A stretch of 22,632 bases of DNA from Chiloscyllium plagiosum (GCF_004010195.1 NC_057749.1:5659634-5682265), one strand, 5' to 3'. Positions 1-10,598 are shown, counted from the stretch's first letter. Notes: generated from the sequence alone by a model not told the origin. Translations and numbers: made by a program.

Positions 1-34
1 CATGGAAAGAGAAGCTTCATATTGGTTGGGATTT

Positions 35-306
35 GGGGCGGCATGGTGGCTCAGTGGTTAGCACTGCTGCCTCATAGTCCCAGGTTCGATTCCAGTCTTG
101 GGTGACCGTCTGTGTGGAGTTTGCACATTCTCCCCGTGTCTGCGTGGGTTTCCTCCCACAGTCCAAAGATGTGCAGGTCAGGTAAATTGCCCATAGTGTT
201 AGGTGCATTAGTCAGAGGGAAATTGGTCTGGGTGGGTTAGTCTTTGGAGGGTCGGTGTGGACTGGTTTGGCTGAAGGGCCTATTTCCACACTGTACGGAA
301 TCTAAT
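35..306 (+). mobile_element. HE1-like tRNA-derived SINE (shark/ray V-SINE type)
   Basis: A box TGGCTCAGTGG (47-57), B box GGTTCGATTCC (83-93), core tgtgtggagtttgcacattctccccgtgtctgcgtgggtttcc, CR1-like tail. Five copies in the window. Confidence 0.85.
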
Positions 307-619
307 TTTTCTGTGCCTGTTTTCCATTATCAGAATGGTGTGAGCACCCCTCCGCCCCCAGTCTGATTTAGTTCTGGTAGCTCAGTCCAGCAGCCAATCC
401 TCCAGATAAGAACACATTTAATTTAAAAGGATTTAAAATTTGTGCGGTATTGGGAAATTAAAAAGGCTACTTATAATGGACAATGGTCAGACAATTGTCA
501 TGTCTTGCATGAAACTTTGGAACGGGACTTAAAACATAAATCATGAAACCCAGACCTAGTAAAGTGACCTCTTGAATATATTAGCATGCAGCTACTCATT
601 TGTCTGATTGTATCACTTT

Positions 620-900
620 TAGATTAGATTACTTACAGTGTGGAAACAGGCCCTTCGGCCCAACAAGTCCACACCAACCCGCCACCCACCCAGACCCATT
701 CCCCTGCCCCTAACACTACAGGCAATTTAGCATGGTCAATTCACCTAACCTGCACATTTTTGGACTGTGGGAGGAAACCAGAGCACCCGGAGGAAACCCA
801 CACAGACACGGGGAGAATGTGCAAACTCCACACAGTCAGTCGCCTGAGGCGGGAATTGAACTCGGGTCTCTGGCACTGTGAGGCAGCAGTGTGCCACCAT
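620..900 (-). mobile_element. HE1-like SINE, 5' end damaged
   Basis: Reverse complement of the same consensus, with an (aatct)n-type tail at 620-630. Part of the A-box region and the 5' GGGCGGC are missing. Confidence 0.85.
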
Positions 901-1011
901 GAAGTGATAAATTCACAATCAGCAGTTAAATGGTGTTTTTCAGTGAATTAGTTTGGCCAAGCTGCATGTCTGTGAATACACAACTAATGAGTCATGCTAT
1001 CTGGAATAACA

Positions 1012-1214
1012 AAATGAAAGAACTGGAAATCTGAAACAAAAACAGCAATAGCTGAGAAAGTCAGCACTTTCTATAGAAACACACTCAACATTTTGGATCT
1101 AGGGACCTTTCTTTAGAATGGTTTGAAGCAAAGTCAGTGGACTCAAGATGCTGACTGTTCCTGTCTCAACAGATGCTGCCAGACCTGCTGAGTTTCTCTG
1201 GCTATTTCTGCTTC
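1012..1214. mobile_element. Degenerate palindromic Penelope-like terminal-repeat element (family B)
   Basis: Left arm aaacaaaaacagcaatagctgagaaagtcagca and right arm acagatgctgccagacctgctgagtttctctggctatttctg resemble the 12515-12758 palindrome. The hammerhead cores are decayed. Confidence 0.6.
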
Positions 1215-1538
1215 ATACTTGGTTGTGTCTGAAAAAAACACCTGTATTCCATGGAGTTGCTAATCCCAGAATGGATTTCATTAAAGTGAAATTCACTTTC
1301 CAACCTGATGATGCTGTTCAGCCAGAATCTCTCTCATTGTAACACCGTCATATGTTACTGCAGGATTCATGAACACAGGATGTAGGATTATTGCAACAGT
1401 GAAGCATGGACAGTCAAAAGTGGAGGGGATTGGGATAATTCATTGGCAAGGGTGTGATTTGTGTTTAACCAGAAGGATAGGACCATGCAAAGTAATGAGA
1501 AGCAGGATTGCCTATCTGCAGACATGGACACCCATTGT

Positions 1539-1922
1539 GACCTTTTAGAGGTTTACAAAATCATGAGGGGCATGGATTAGGTAAATAGGCAAAGTCTTTT
1601 CCCTGGGGTCGGGGAGTCCAAAACTAGAGGGCATGGGTTTAGGGTGAGAGGGGAACAATATAAAAGAGACCTATGGGGCAAGTTTTTCACGCAGAGGGTG
1701 GTACGTGTATGGAATGAGCTGCCAAAGGACGTGGTGGAGACTGGTACAATTGCAAGATTTAAGAGGCTTTTGGATGGGTATATGAATAGGAAGGGTTTGG
1801 AGGGATATGGGCCGGGTGCTGGCAGGTGGGACTAGATTGGGTTGGGATTTCTGGTCGGTGTGGATGGGTTGGACTGAAGGGTCTGTTTCCATGCTGTACA
1901 TCTCTATGACTTTATGACTATA
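1539..1922 (+). mobile_element. CR1 (HER1-like) LINE 3' end
   Basis: Encodes a decayed CR1 ORF2 C-terminus (EVYKIMRGMD..TRGHGFRVRG..FFTQRVVRVWNELP..FKRLLDGYM), followed by the 3' UTR and a ctatgact-type repeat tail. Confidence 0.88.
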
Positions 1923-2279
1923 AGCAGTGACCCTTTTTGCAAGGGGAGGAACTCTGAGCAATGTTCTCCAGACCCCATGGCTATTGACACCCACTGCATT
2001 GCTTTAAACAAGAATAATTAATGTAGACTTCTGATTAAACCTACAACTTTCCTATATTTTATGGATCAATAAAATATGTCTTTAAGCACCTCCCAGATCT
2101 CTTGAGGAGCCTTGTTGGGCTGAATGGCCTACATTTGCCTCTCGTCTTTTGGTTATACAGGATACTGACATTTTAGGTTATTGGTAGTATGATAATTTGT
2201 TAAAATAATAGAAGCATATTGATTTGTGAGCACTGACCATATCTTCACACAAATGGGCCCAGGTCAGACCTTAAGGTTA

Positions 2280-2765
2280 AGAGTATTCACTTGTGAGATG
2301 TGGGTGTTGCTGGCTGGCAAGTAATCTTTTGCCCATCCGTAGTTGCCCTTGAGAAGGTGGCAGTGAGCGTCCTTCTTGAACTGCTGCAGTCCACATGCTG
2401 TAGGTACAGGATGTGCTGCAGAAATTCTCCAAAGAGCCTTAGACAGAACCTTCTACTTCTATCTAGAAGGACGGGGGCAGCAGATACATGGGAACATCAC
2501 CCCCTGCAAGTTCTGCTCCAAGCAACACTCCATCCTGACATGGAAATATATCGCTGCTCCTTCACTGTCACTGGGTCAAAAATCCTGGAATTGCTTCCCA
2601 AAGGACATGTTGGGTCGACCTACAGCAGTTCGAGAAGGCAGCTCAAGGGAAGGGCAATAAATGCTGGCCAGCCTGTGACCCCTACATCCCACAAGGGAAT
2701 AGAAAATGAAAGATAGTTCCACAACATCCCTAGGGAAGAAATTCCAGGATTTTGATTCAGTGACA
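2280..2765. mobile_element. CR1-like LINE 3' ends: minus copy (~2280-2410 and ~2720-2765) interrupted by a plus copy (~2430-2710)
   Basis: gtgggtgttgctggctggc...gcccttgagaaggtgg is the reverse complement of agggcaataaatgctggccagcc...catcccaca. The same family occurs at 4015-4700, 13040-14440 and 14940-15210. Confidence 0.65.
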
Positions 2766-2918
2766 GTGATGGCGCAGGCTCAGTGGTTAGCACAGCTGAC
2801 TCACAGCGCCAGGGACCCGGGTTCAATTCCAGCCTTGGGCGACTGTCTGTGTGGTGTTTGCACATTCTCCCCATGTCTGCGTGGGTTTGCTTCAAGTGCT
2901 GTGGTTTCCTCCCACAGT

Positions 2919-3014
2919 TGAAAAATGTGGTGCTGGAAAAACACAACAGGCCAGGCAGCATCCGAGGAGCAGGAGAATCGACGTTTCGGGGATAAGCCCT
3001 TCTTCAGAAATGAG
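2919..3014 (-). mobile_element. Penelope-like short element (family A) with an 8-bp TSD
   Basis: TSD cccacagt at 2911-2918 and 3015-3022. Body gtggtgctggaaaa...gcagcatccgaggagcagg...cgacgtttcgg is shared with many copies. Confidence 0.8.
2980..3007 (-). ncRNA. Minimal hammerhead ribozyme motif (best-preserved core)
   Basis: Minus strand CTGAAGA-A-GGGC-TTAT-CCCC-GAAACGTC: CUGANGA, stem II (three G-C pairs plus one mismatch), GAAA, palindromic ACGT and a GUC cleavage triplet. Confidence 0.65.
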
Positions 3015-3635
3015 CCCACAGTCCAAAGATGTGCAGGTTAGGTGAATTGGCCATGCTAAATTGTCCCATAGTGTTCAGGGATGTGTTAGTGAGGGGTAAA
3101 TGTAGAGTAATAGGGTAGGGGAATGGGTTTGGGTGGGATATCCTCCAGAGGGTCGGTGTGGGCTTGTTGAGCCGAAGGGCCTGTTTCCACACTGTAGGGA
3201 TTCTATTATTCGATAAAAAAATTTTACATTTCCAAGTGAGGTAGTATGAAAGAGATGTTGTGATTTCATCTACTTGTGCCACTGATACACCCTAACGAAG
3301 TACCAACTGTGTAAATGAGTCCATTTCCAAATTTATTAGGGGTCTGTTTCACTGTATTTTTACTGGTAGTGTGAGCCCATCATTCTTTAAGGTGCACTTT
3401 TTGAAATAAAAAATATTCAGCACAGAATCTGGCAATTCTATCCAAAAGGATTATGTTGGTCCATATTATCTCCATGGACCTCCTCCACCTATACTTACTT
3501 TAACCCAGATAGCAATATCTTTCTCTCTCATGCACCTATCTGACTTCCCCTTAAAGGCATTTGTGCTATTTACCTTTATCACTTTTCTGCAATAGTAAGC
3601 TCGTCAATCTTCTAAATTGGTTATTGAATTCATTA

Positions 3636-3673
3636 AGAAAAAGTGAGGACTGCAGATGCAGGAGATTAGAGTC
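3636..3673 (-). mobile_element. 38-bp terminal fragment of family A element with TSD
   Basis: aagtgaggactgcagatgcaggagattagagtc is flanked by tgaattcatta (3625-3635) and tgaatttatta (3674-3684). Confidence 0.6.
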
Positions 3674-3827
3674 TGAATTTATTACAGAATTTATTAGTCC
3701 CACAATTACAATGATGGTCTCTAAAATGGCCCCAGTACAAGTGGTAACATTTTCCCGCTGTATCCCAGTGTCCACATAATTTTGAATTCCTCTATTGGAT
3801 CGCGTTAATTGGTTGTGATTTACTTAC

Positions 3828-3891
3828 TCATTCTTTTTCTTTATTACGAAGGAAACCCGGTTTGCTTTGTCATGTTTCTTTCCTTCAGGTC
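3828..3891 (-). CDS. DUOX: Dual oxidase short exon (64 nt, phase 1 to 2), basic linker with RVSF
   Basis: Acceptor tcacttcag|GACCT, strong donor AATGA|gtaagt. Translates (G)PEGKKHDKANRVSFVIKKKN(E/D). Phase fits the previous exon, and RVSF occurs at the equivalent place in DUOX2. Confidence 0.82.
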
Positions 3892-4014
3892 CTGAAGTGA
3901 TAAATTCACAACAATTAACATCAAATGTAAAAGTACCAAGCTACAAGTTAGTAAAAGTACCATTGATAACATCTTCTCAGTTTTACTTCGACTTGTGGTT
4001 GGGTTAAATTGTTT

Positions 4015-4700
4015 TGTGGGACGTGGATGCCAATGATGAAGCCAATAATTGTTGTCCATCCTTAACTGCTCTTGAGGAGGTGGTGGTTACTTACATCCAC
4101 AATGCTGTCAAAAAGGACTTTCCAGGATTTGGACAAAGCAATACTAATGGAATGACCACATATTTCCAAGTTAGGATGATCTGTGACTTTAAGAGGAACT
4201 CACGGCTAGTAGGGACCATCGCATCTGCTGACTAGGTCCTTCTACATGTTTGAGATTGTGGTATCTATCAAAAGTTTGTGAATTGCCACAGTGCATTGTC
4301 TAGATGGTACATACTGTCATCATTGTGGAGTGGAGTGAGTGAACGTTGAAGGTGGTGGATGGGATGCCTATCAAGTGGATTTCTTTAACCTGGTTGGTGT
4401 CGAGCTTCTTGAGTGATCTTGGAGCTGCACTCATCCAGGCAAAGAGGGAGTATTCTTCACACTCTTAACTTGTGTCTTAGAGATGGTGGTCAGACTTTGG
4501 GAAATCCGTTGCTACAAAATAATAAGCTTCTGACCTCCACACATTGTCACTTTCTTCACTGTCATTCAGCCAATATCCTGTAATTCCCTCCCTAACAGCA
4601 TTGTTGAGTATACCCATGCCACAAGGTCTGCAATGGTTCAAAAAGACGTCTCATCACCAGCCTTTCAAAGGAAATTAGGGTTGGACAATGAATTGTGCCC
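4015..4700. mobile_element. Decayed CR1-like LINE pieces, minus (~4015-4520) then plus (~4545-4700)
   Basis: Similar to the 2280-2765 and 13040-14440 family (tatttccaagttaggatg; aattccctccctaacagcattg; ggttcaaaaag). Confidence 0.55.
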
Positions 4701-5122
4701 TTGGATCTCACAATTTTCTTTTTAAACCTGGCATTATTAGTGAAAAGAAAAATATTAACATTTCTGATGAACAGGTGTGATGAATGAGCATTAACTTGAA
4801 ACAGTAACCATTTGCTCCTTGTTTCATAGATGCTGCCATAAACTAACTACTGTACCTATTTCAAATAAAGACAGAAAGATTTTATCAGGAGGAAAAATTA
4901 GGGAAGGTATTAGCCAACATGGTGAAGGTAATTGAAAGGAAAGGTATTAGTCAGTGATTTGGTGAGTGCAGCAATATATCCAATCCTTACATAAACGAAC
5001 CTGCACATTATATTGCCCCCAAATAATGACCCAGATAATCATGGCTATAAAATACCAATTTGCCTTTACTATTTGGAAACATAGGATTCACCGGTCTTTA
5101 ATACTCTAAAAGGTTTGATGAC

Positions 5123-5298
5123 CTTTCAGAGCAGGCTGAGAAAGCTCCATCTCTTGGTAATGGTCACGGAACAGGCAATGGAAATCCTCCCACATTATCT
5201 CCTCTTTATCTTCAAATCCTGCATCTTTGAACATTGACTCCATCACATTCTCTATCTCTCCCTTTGGCAAGCTGTTGTTTGAGATCTCGATGAAAGAC
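5123..5298 (-). CDS. DUOX: Dual oxidase exon (176 nt, phase 2 to 1), EF-hand-like region
   Basis: Acceptor tattttag|GTCTTTC, donor CTGAAAG|gtcatc (weak). Translates (R)SFIEISNNSLPKGEIENVMESMFKDAGFEDKEEIMWEDFHCLFRDHYQEMELSQPALK(G), matching DUOX SFIEISNN..ESMF..GF.DKEE..WEDFH. Confidence 0.93.
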
Positions 5299-5604
5299 CT
5301 AAAATATTAAAAGGAAAACAGCCCTGCCTTTAAGCAAATGGAACAAAAAATTATGATACTCACATGAGTTTTAACTTTCCACTCAATACAAAGACGTTAC
5401 TAATGTTTCTCATCAAATCAGAAAAGTATCTTTAGAGTAGTACTCTGTTTAATTTAGTTTCATAGCGAGATAATGGCCAATTGCTGTTTGTTTGAAGAAA
5501 ATAAACAAGGAGCAAGAGTAGACTATATGACTCTACACGTCTCTGCTCTAGTATGATGTGACTATTACTGATCTTGTGCCTCAAATCCACTTTCTTGCCT
5601 AATC

Positions 5605-5719
5605 GGGCTTATGTCCGGAACATCAATTCTTCTGCTCCTTGGATGCCGCCTGACCTGCTGTGCTTTTCCAACACCACATTCTTGACTCTGATCTCCTGCA
5701 TCTGTATACCTCACTTTCT
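5605..5719 (+). mobile_element. Family A Penelope-like element truncated inside hammerhead stem II, within a decayed CR1-like tail
   Basis: gggcttatgtccggaacatc...tgacctgctgtgcttttccaacacc...cctcactttctc. Candidate TSD cctaatc at 5598-5604 and 5720-5726. Confidence 0.7.
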
Positions 5720-6349
5720 CCTAATCCCCAACATCCCTGGTTTTCAATGAGATCAAAAGTCTACATCAATAAAGATAATCAGTGATGGAATATCCATAAT
5801 GCTCTAGGGGCAAGAGGTCTAAAGAACAATAAGATACTCCAGGCAGATTTCAATGGCTATCTGTGTCAAGGCTAGCCACATAAAGGTGGTTAGTACAAAT
5901 GATACAGGACGATCTTAAAAAAGGGCATTCCAAATTTTTGGAATGCAGGCCTCCTCTATTGGGAAAGCAATGTAGCTGACTGGCCCAAGTGGAGGCAAAC
6001 ATCAGAATCTGGTTTGGTCTGTGTCATGGAACATCTATGCCAAAGTCACAATACCCACCTCTCCCAGAGGAAGGCCGGATACTGCACAACTGCAGAAGCT
6101 CCTGGGTGAGCATGAGTTGAGGATGAGGGTGAGGGTTAGGGGATCAACATGAGCTGCCAGATCCATGCCAATCTCATGTTGGACCCCTCAGTTATAAGAG
6201 GAACAAGATGATGATGAAATTGTTTGGATATACTCAAATAATATATTTGATTTTATTACCACGCACCGATCTACATGATTTCTGTAACAGCACTTTCAGA
6301 GCTATTGCGAAAATGTCCCCTTTTTTTTATCTGAAACAACCTATTTGTT

Positions 6350-6900
6350 TGGTTACTCTAAACAGGGCACTGAATCGCAGAGGTGCAACAGCAGAGATGC
6401 AGCGCAAAACAAAGCCTTTTGTGTTGTGCCAGCTACCTTCATGAGCAATTTACCTATTGCCACAGCCTTCTTGTTATAGACCGACATGAACTTCACTTTC
6501 AGATAATAACCCAATGCCGTTTCGAATGCCTCAGTTGACCTGTCACTACCACAACCTCAGGCTTCCAGATCCCAACCACCAACTGCATGAAAATATTTCT
6601 GGTTGTGTCTCCAAATATTTCTTTTACTATTCACTTTCAATCTGGTGATTTATCCTTCTTGATCCTTTCGCCAATGGGAAGGGCTTTGCCCAGGTACAAA
6701 ATTTTGAATACCTCTATCAATTTTATTCTCAGCCTTCTTCTCTCCAAGAAAAGCAACAATTGAGGTAACTAATTCCTGGAACCATTCTTGTGAATTCTGC
6801 ATTCTCACTAATGTCTTCAGATTCTTTCTGAAAGTGTACCACCCAGAACTTGACACATCAGAGAAAATCCTCAATCAAACTTTTATAATATCACAACATG
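6350..6900 (-). mobile_element. Highly decayed CR1-like LINE 3' fragment
   Basis: Patches such as ttccagatcccaaccaccaactgcatgaaaatatt and aattttgaatacctctatcaa resemble the reverse complement of CR1 ends elsewhere in the window. Boundaries are approximate. Confidence 0.45.
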
Positions 6901-7283
6901 TACTTTAGTGTTCAATGGTTCTATTGTCGAGTGTTTGATGATGTTATTTCTGGGAACTGATACTTACTAACTCCACTTGATTGCTTAAGCCTATTGATGA
7001 GACTAGAGAGTTAAGTAATGAAAACTACAGGGACAATGTTTCTGGATTGTGGATTGAGACTATGTGTGTTAAAACCCTGAAAGTTCAAAGATATTTCAAA
7101 GTACTATAATAAAACCTGTTTGGATTTAGAACAAGTGCCATCTCTGGAATATTTTGAGCTAAAGCAGACAGTATAAGATATAAGCAAGCCTGTGAATGCA
7201 CAATAGGTACTGTCCAGAGAAACAATTACATGCGCACTGGATAAAGAACAATATTAAATGTGAATAATGTTTATTTCATTTAC

Positions 7284-7377
7284 CTCAGCAGTTGTGAGAA
7301 CTCTTCCTTTGACATGGAACCACTCCCATCGACATCATACATTGCAAACATTAGCTTTGATTTCTCCTCAGGAGTAC
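7284..7377 (-). CDS. DUOX: Dual oxidase exon (94 nt, phase 1 to 2) containing EF-hand 2
   Basis: Acceptor ttgtctag|GTACT, donor CTGAG|gtaaat. Translates (G)TPEEKSKLMFAMYDVDGSGSMSKEEFSQLL(R), with a 12-residue loop DVDGSGSMSKEE. Phases fit both neighbours. Confidence 0.95.
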
Positions 7378-7457
7378 CTAGACAAATCAAATAGTTAAAT
7401 ATTAAATTGTGGAAATGAAAAATTGAATGCTTTCACGACAGGAGACCAAACCTTCAA

Positions 7458-7554
7458 CAACAACAGAAGTTGCTGGAAAAGCTCAGCAGGTCTCACAGCA
7501 TCTGTAGTGAGAAATCAGAGTTAACGTTTCAAGTCCAGTCTCCCTTCCTCCAGT
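7458..7554 (-). mobile_element. Family B Penelope-like short element with a decayed hammerhead and a 14-bp TSD
   Basis: Minus strand CTGGAGGAAGGGAGACTGGACTTGAAACGTTAAC. TSD gaccaaaccttcaa (7444-7457) and gaccgaacctacaa (7555-7568). Confidence 0.7.
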
Positions 7555-8175
7555 GACCGAACCTACAATGCGGGTTTAATCTCCAGGATTGAGGAAGTGT
7601 GGATTGAAACATTTTAACGAGTATTAGTTAAAACTTCTAAGAAAAACAGTAAAATATCACAGACGGGGGTGTGCCTAATCCATTTACTTATTCCAAACTT
7701 GACGTTTTGGTCTTATGTATTAACATTTCTAACCTGCTCTGTAATTTTGTGATATGGCAGAATATTTGCAAGTAACAAAACAGATTTTAGCTTCTGCACA
7801 ACACAGAGTTGGAGCTTCACAGTAACAGTGTCAAACAAAGCAGGAGCTGTCAGTCATTGTTTTGGAGACAGGCTGACCAGCCTGGTATTTCAAAGAACAT
7901 TCCCTCCTTTTTAAACTACAGTGAAAATCAGACTAGGATCTGCAAAGCAGAAACTTATCTTTAAATTTCCAATCAAAGCCACGAAGTTTTCACTTTCATT
8001 GATTGTAGCTGCAAACTTTCCAGGTAAATGATCCAAATCTTCTGCAACATGCACACATTTTCTTTTCACTGTGGGACTGAAAAGCAAGTTGTTTCCATGA
8101 TGAGCACCTCGCTAACTTTAGCTGGTTTAATTAGCCACGAAACTGACTTCCACTGAGTTCTCAAAAGGAATTTGA

Positions 8176-8502
8176 GGGTAACACGGTGGCTCAGTGGTTA
8201 GCACTGCTGCCTCACAGTGCTGGGGACACAGGTTGAATTCCAGCCTCAGGTGACTGTCTGTGTGGAGTTTGCACACTCTCCACGTGTCTGTGCGGGTTTC
8301 CTCCGGGTGCTCCGGTTTCCTCCCACAGTCCAAAGATGTGCAGGTTAAGTGAATCGTGCTAAATTTCCCATCATGTTCAGGGATAAATATAGGGTGGGGA
8401 GGGGGGGTAGGGGGAATGGGTCCGGGTGGGTTACTCTCCAAAGGGTCAGTGTGCACTTGTTGGGCTGAAGCGTCTCTTTCCACTCTGTAGGGATTCAATG
8501 AT
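8176..8502 (+). mobile_element. HE1-like SINE
   Basis: Near full-length consensus with A box, B-box-like ggttgaattcc, core and CR1-like tail. Confidence 0.85.
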
Positions 8503-9372
8503 TACCTCAGTTAGTGCTCTTTTCTCTGAATCATAAGGTTCTGTATTCAAGTCACACACCAGTGCACAAAAATATAGGCTAACTCCAGGGCAGCAGTGAA
8601 GCGGTGCTGTTCTCTTTGGATGAGATGTTCAGCCGATGAGGCATCTGCCTGCTTAGGTAAATGTGAGAGATCCCATGGCACTAATGTACAGAGCAGGGAG
8701 TTCTTCTCAATGTCTGTGCCAACAGTTATCCATCAACAAAAACTACATAAAACAAAATCATGCACTCGCAATCATTGCCCTGTTTGTGGGAGCTTGCTCT
8801 GTGTAAATTCGCTGTTAAGTCTCTTACACATTTGAGAATTCTGAGACAACACTTGATGGAGTTTAGAAGGATGAGGGGAGATCTGATTGAAACTTTCAGA
8901 ATACTGAACTGCCTGAACCGAGTGGATGTTGGGAATACGTTTCCAATTTTAGGACAGACAAGGTCCTGAGGGCACAGCCTTGGAGGAAAGGGAAGACCCT
9001 TTAGAACAGAAATAGGGAGAAACAGCTTCAGCCAGAGAGTGGTGAATCTGTGGAATCCATTGCCACAGAAGGCTGTGGAGGCCCAGTCATTGAGTATATT
9101 TAAAACAGAGATAGATAGATTCTTGATTGCCAAGGGGATCAGGGGTTACAAGGAGAATGAGGGAAAATGAGTTTGAAAAACCTATCAGCCTTGACTGAAT
9201 GGTGGAGCAGACTCGATGGGCCAAATGGCCTAATTTCTGCTCCTATGTCTTATGTTCTTAAGGTCTTATGACAACAGCTATTACACTTCAAAATTACTTC
9301 ACCTGCTGTAAAGTGCTTTGAGATAGCTGGTTGTTTTGAAAGACACTATGTAAATACAAGGCTACTTTCTTT
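8503..9372 (+). mobile_element. Deu-domain SINE (SacSINE1-like), split by a CR1 insertion at ~8850-9270
   Basis: tRNA-like head, then ggatgagatgtt...gagatcccatggcacta...gagcagggagttct and tgtttgtgggagcttgct. The 3' part acacttcaaaattacttc...tgtaaagtgctttgag resumes at ~9271. Confidence 0.6.
8850..9270 (+). mobile_element. CR1 LINE 3' end (second subfamily)
   Basis: EFRRMRGDLIETFRILN..FSQRVVNLWN.LPQKAVEA..FKTEIDRFL, then 3' UTR and a tcttatg-type tail. Confidence 0.85.
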
Positions 9373-10103
9373 ATGTTAACTTTAACAGGCAGAGCTGAGT
9401 GAGGAACATCAATGTTTTGGTCATTTCTTTATACATATCAGAGTAGTATGACACCTGATTAATCAAAGTAAATGTAAAAAAAAAGTTCAACTAACAAACA
9501 AGAAGTTATAGAGTCCTGAACTGCCTGAACCGAGTGGATGTTGGGAATACGTTTCCAATTTTAGGACAGACAAGGTCCTGAAGACCCTTTAGAACAGAAA
9601 TAGGGAGAAACAGCTTCAGCCAGAGAGTGGTGAATCTGTGGAATTCATTTCCACAGAATGCTGTGGAGGCCCAGTCATTGAGTATATTTAAAACAGAGAT
9701 AGATAGATTCTTGATTGCCAAGGGGATCAGGGGTTACAAGGAGAATGAGGGAAAATGAGGTTGAAAAACCTATCAGCCTTGACTGAATGGTGGAGCAGAC
9801 TCAATGGGCCAAATGGCCTAATTTCTGCTCCTATGTCTTATGTTCTTAAGGTCTTATGACAACAGCTATTACACTTTAAAATTACTTCACCTGCTGTAAA
9901 GTGCTTTGAGATAGCTGGTTGTTTTGAAAGACACTATGTAAATACAAGGCGACTTTCTTTATGTTAACTCTAACAGGCAGAGCTGAGTGAGGAACATCAA
10001 TGCTTTGGTCATTTCTTTATACATATCAGAGTAGTATGACACCTGATTAATCAAAGTAAATGTAAAAAAAAAGTTCAACTAACAAACAAGAAGTTATAGA
10101 GTC
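8904..10103 (+). repeat. Direct tandem duplication: 8904-9515 (612 bp) and 9516-10103 (588 bp)
   Basis: By eye the copies differ by about 9 substitutions and a 24-bp deletion in copy 2. Junction agttatagagtc|ctgaactgcc. Confidence 0.95.
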
Positions 10104-10372
10104 ATAGAAATCTACAGGATAGAAAAAAAAGACCCTTCAGCCTATCGCATTCACACTAGTCAAAAACAACCACCTAACTATTCAAATCCCATTTTTCTGC
10201 ACCTGGCCCATGGCCTTGTACACCCTGGCATCACAAATGCACATCTAAACACTTCTCAGTATTGAGGATTTCTGCCTTTACCACCCTTACAGATCCAGAT
10301 TCCCACCACCCTCTGGGTAAAAAGGATTTTTCTCACATCTGCTCTAAACCTTCTGCCCCTTACCTTAAACCT
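10095..10372 (-). mobile_element. CR1-like LINE 3' fragment
   Basis: atagagtcatagaaatctacagga...gacccttcagcc tail, then cccaccaccctctgggtaaaaaggatt (reverse of the FFTQRVV region). Confidence 0.65.
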
Positions 10373-10598
10373 CCATATAATCTCAACAAGATTTCTGTTT
10401 TGAGAGAAGTTTCGACAATGCAGGAACAAATGTGTTCAGGATACACATGAATGTGCAGATGCCATAGCACAGGACATTTTCTTCATTGTCCAGGCTTTGT
10501 GACTGGCACCTCTATCGGTCAATCGTCAATGCCTTCAAGACAAAGCAAACGTCCAAATGACATTTCAAATAGGTGTCATGTCCTCAGCTCTGGATTAC

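Larger units (their letters stand above)
2766..3210 (+). mobile_element. HE1-like SINE interrupted by a Penelope-like insert
   Basis: A/B boxes ggctcagtgg and ggttcaattcc. The consensus is split at cccacagt and resumes at 3015. Confidence 0.85.

Noticed and set aside
35..100. tRNA gene
   Set aside because: The A/B boxes belong to SINE heads followed by SINE body; there is no complete cloverleaf.
1219..1228. 10-nt micro-exon on the minus strand (ttttttcag|ACACAACCAA|gtatga)
   Set aside because: The splice-like signals could be chance, the length does not preserve the expected phase, and there is no homology support.
4764..4840. Additional hammerhead (ctgatgaa...ttgaaacagtaac)
   Set aside because: Probably a very old family B relic, but it has no pairable stem II, so it cannot be called.
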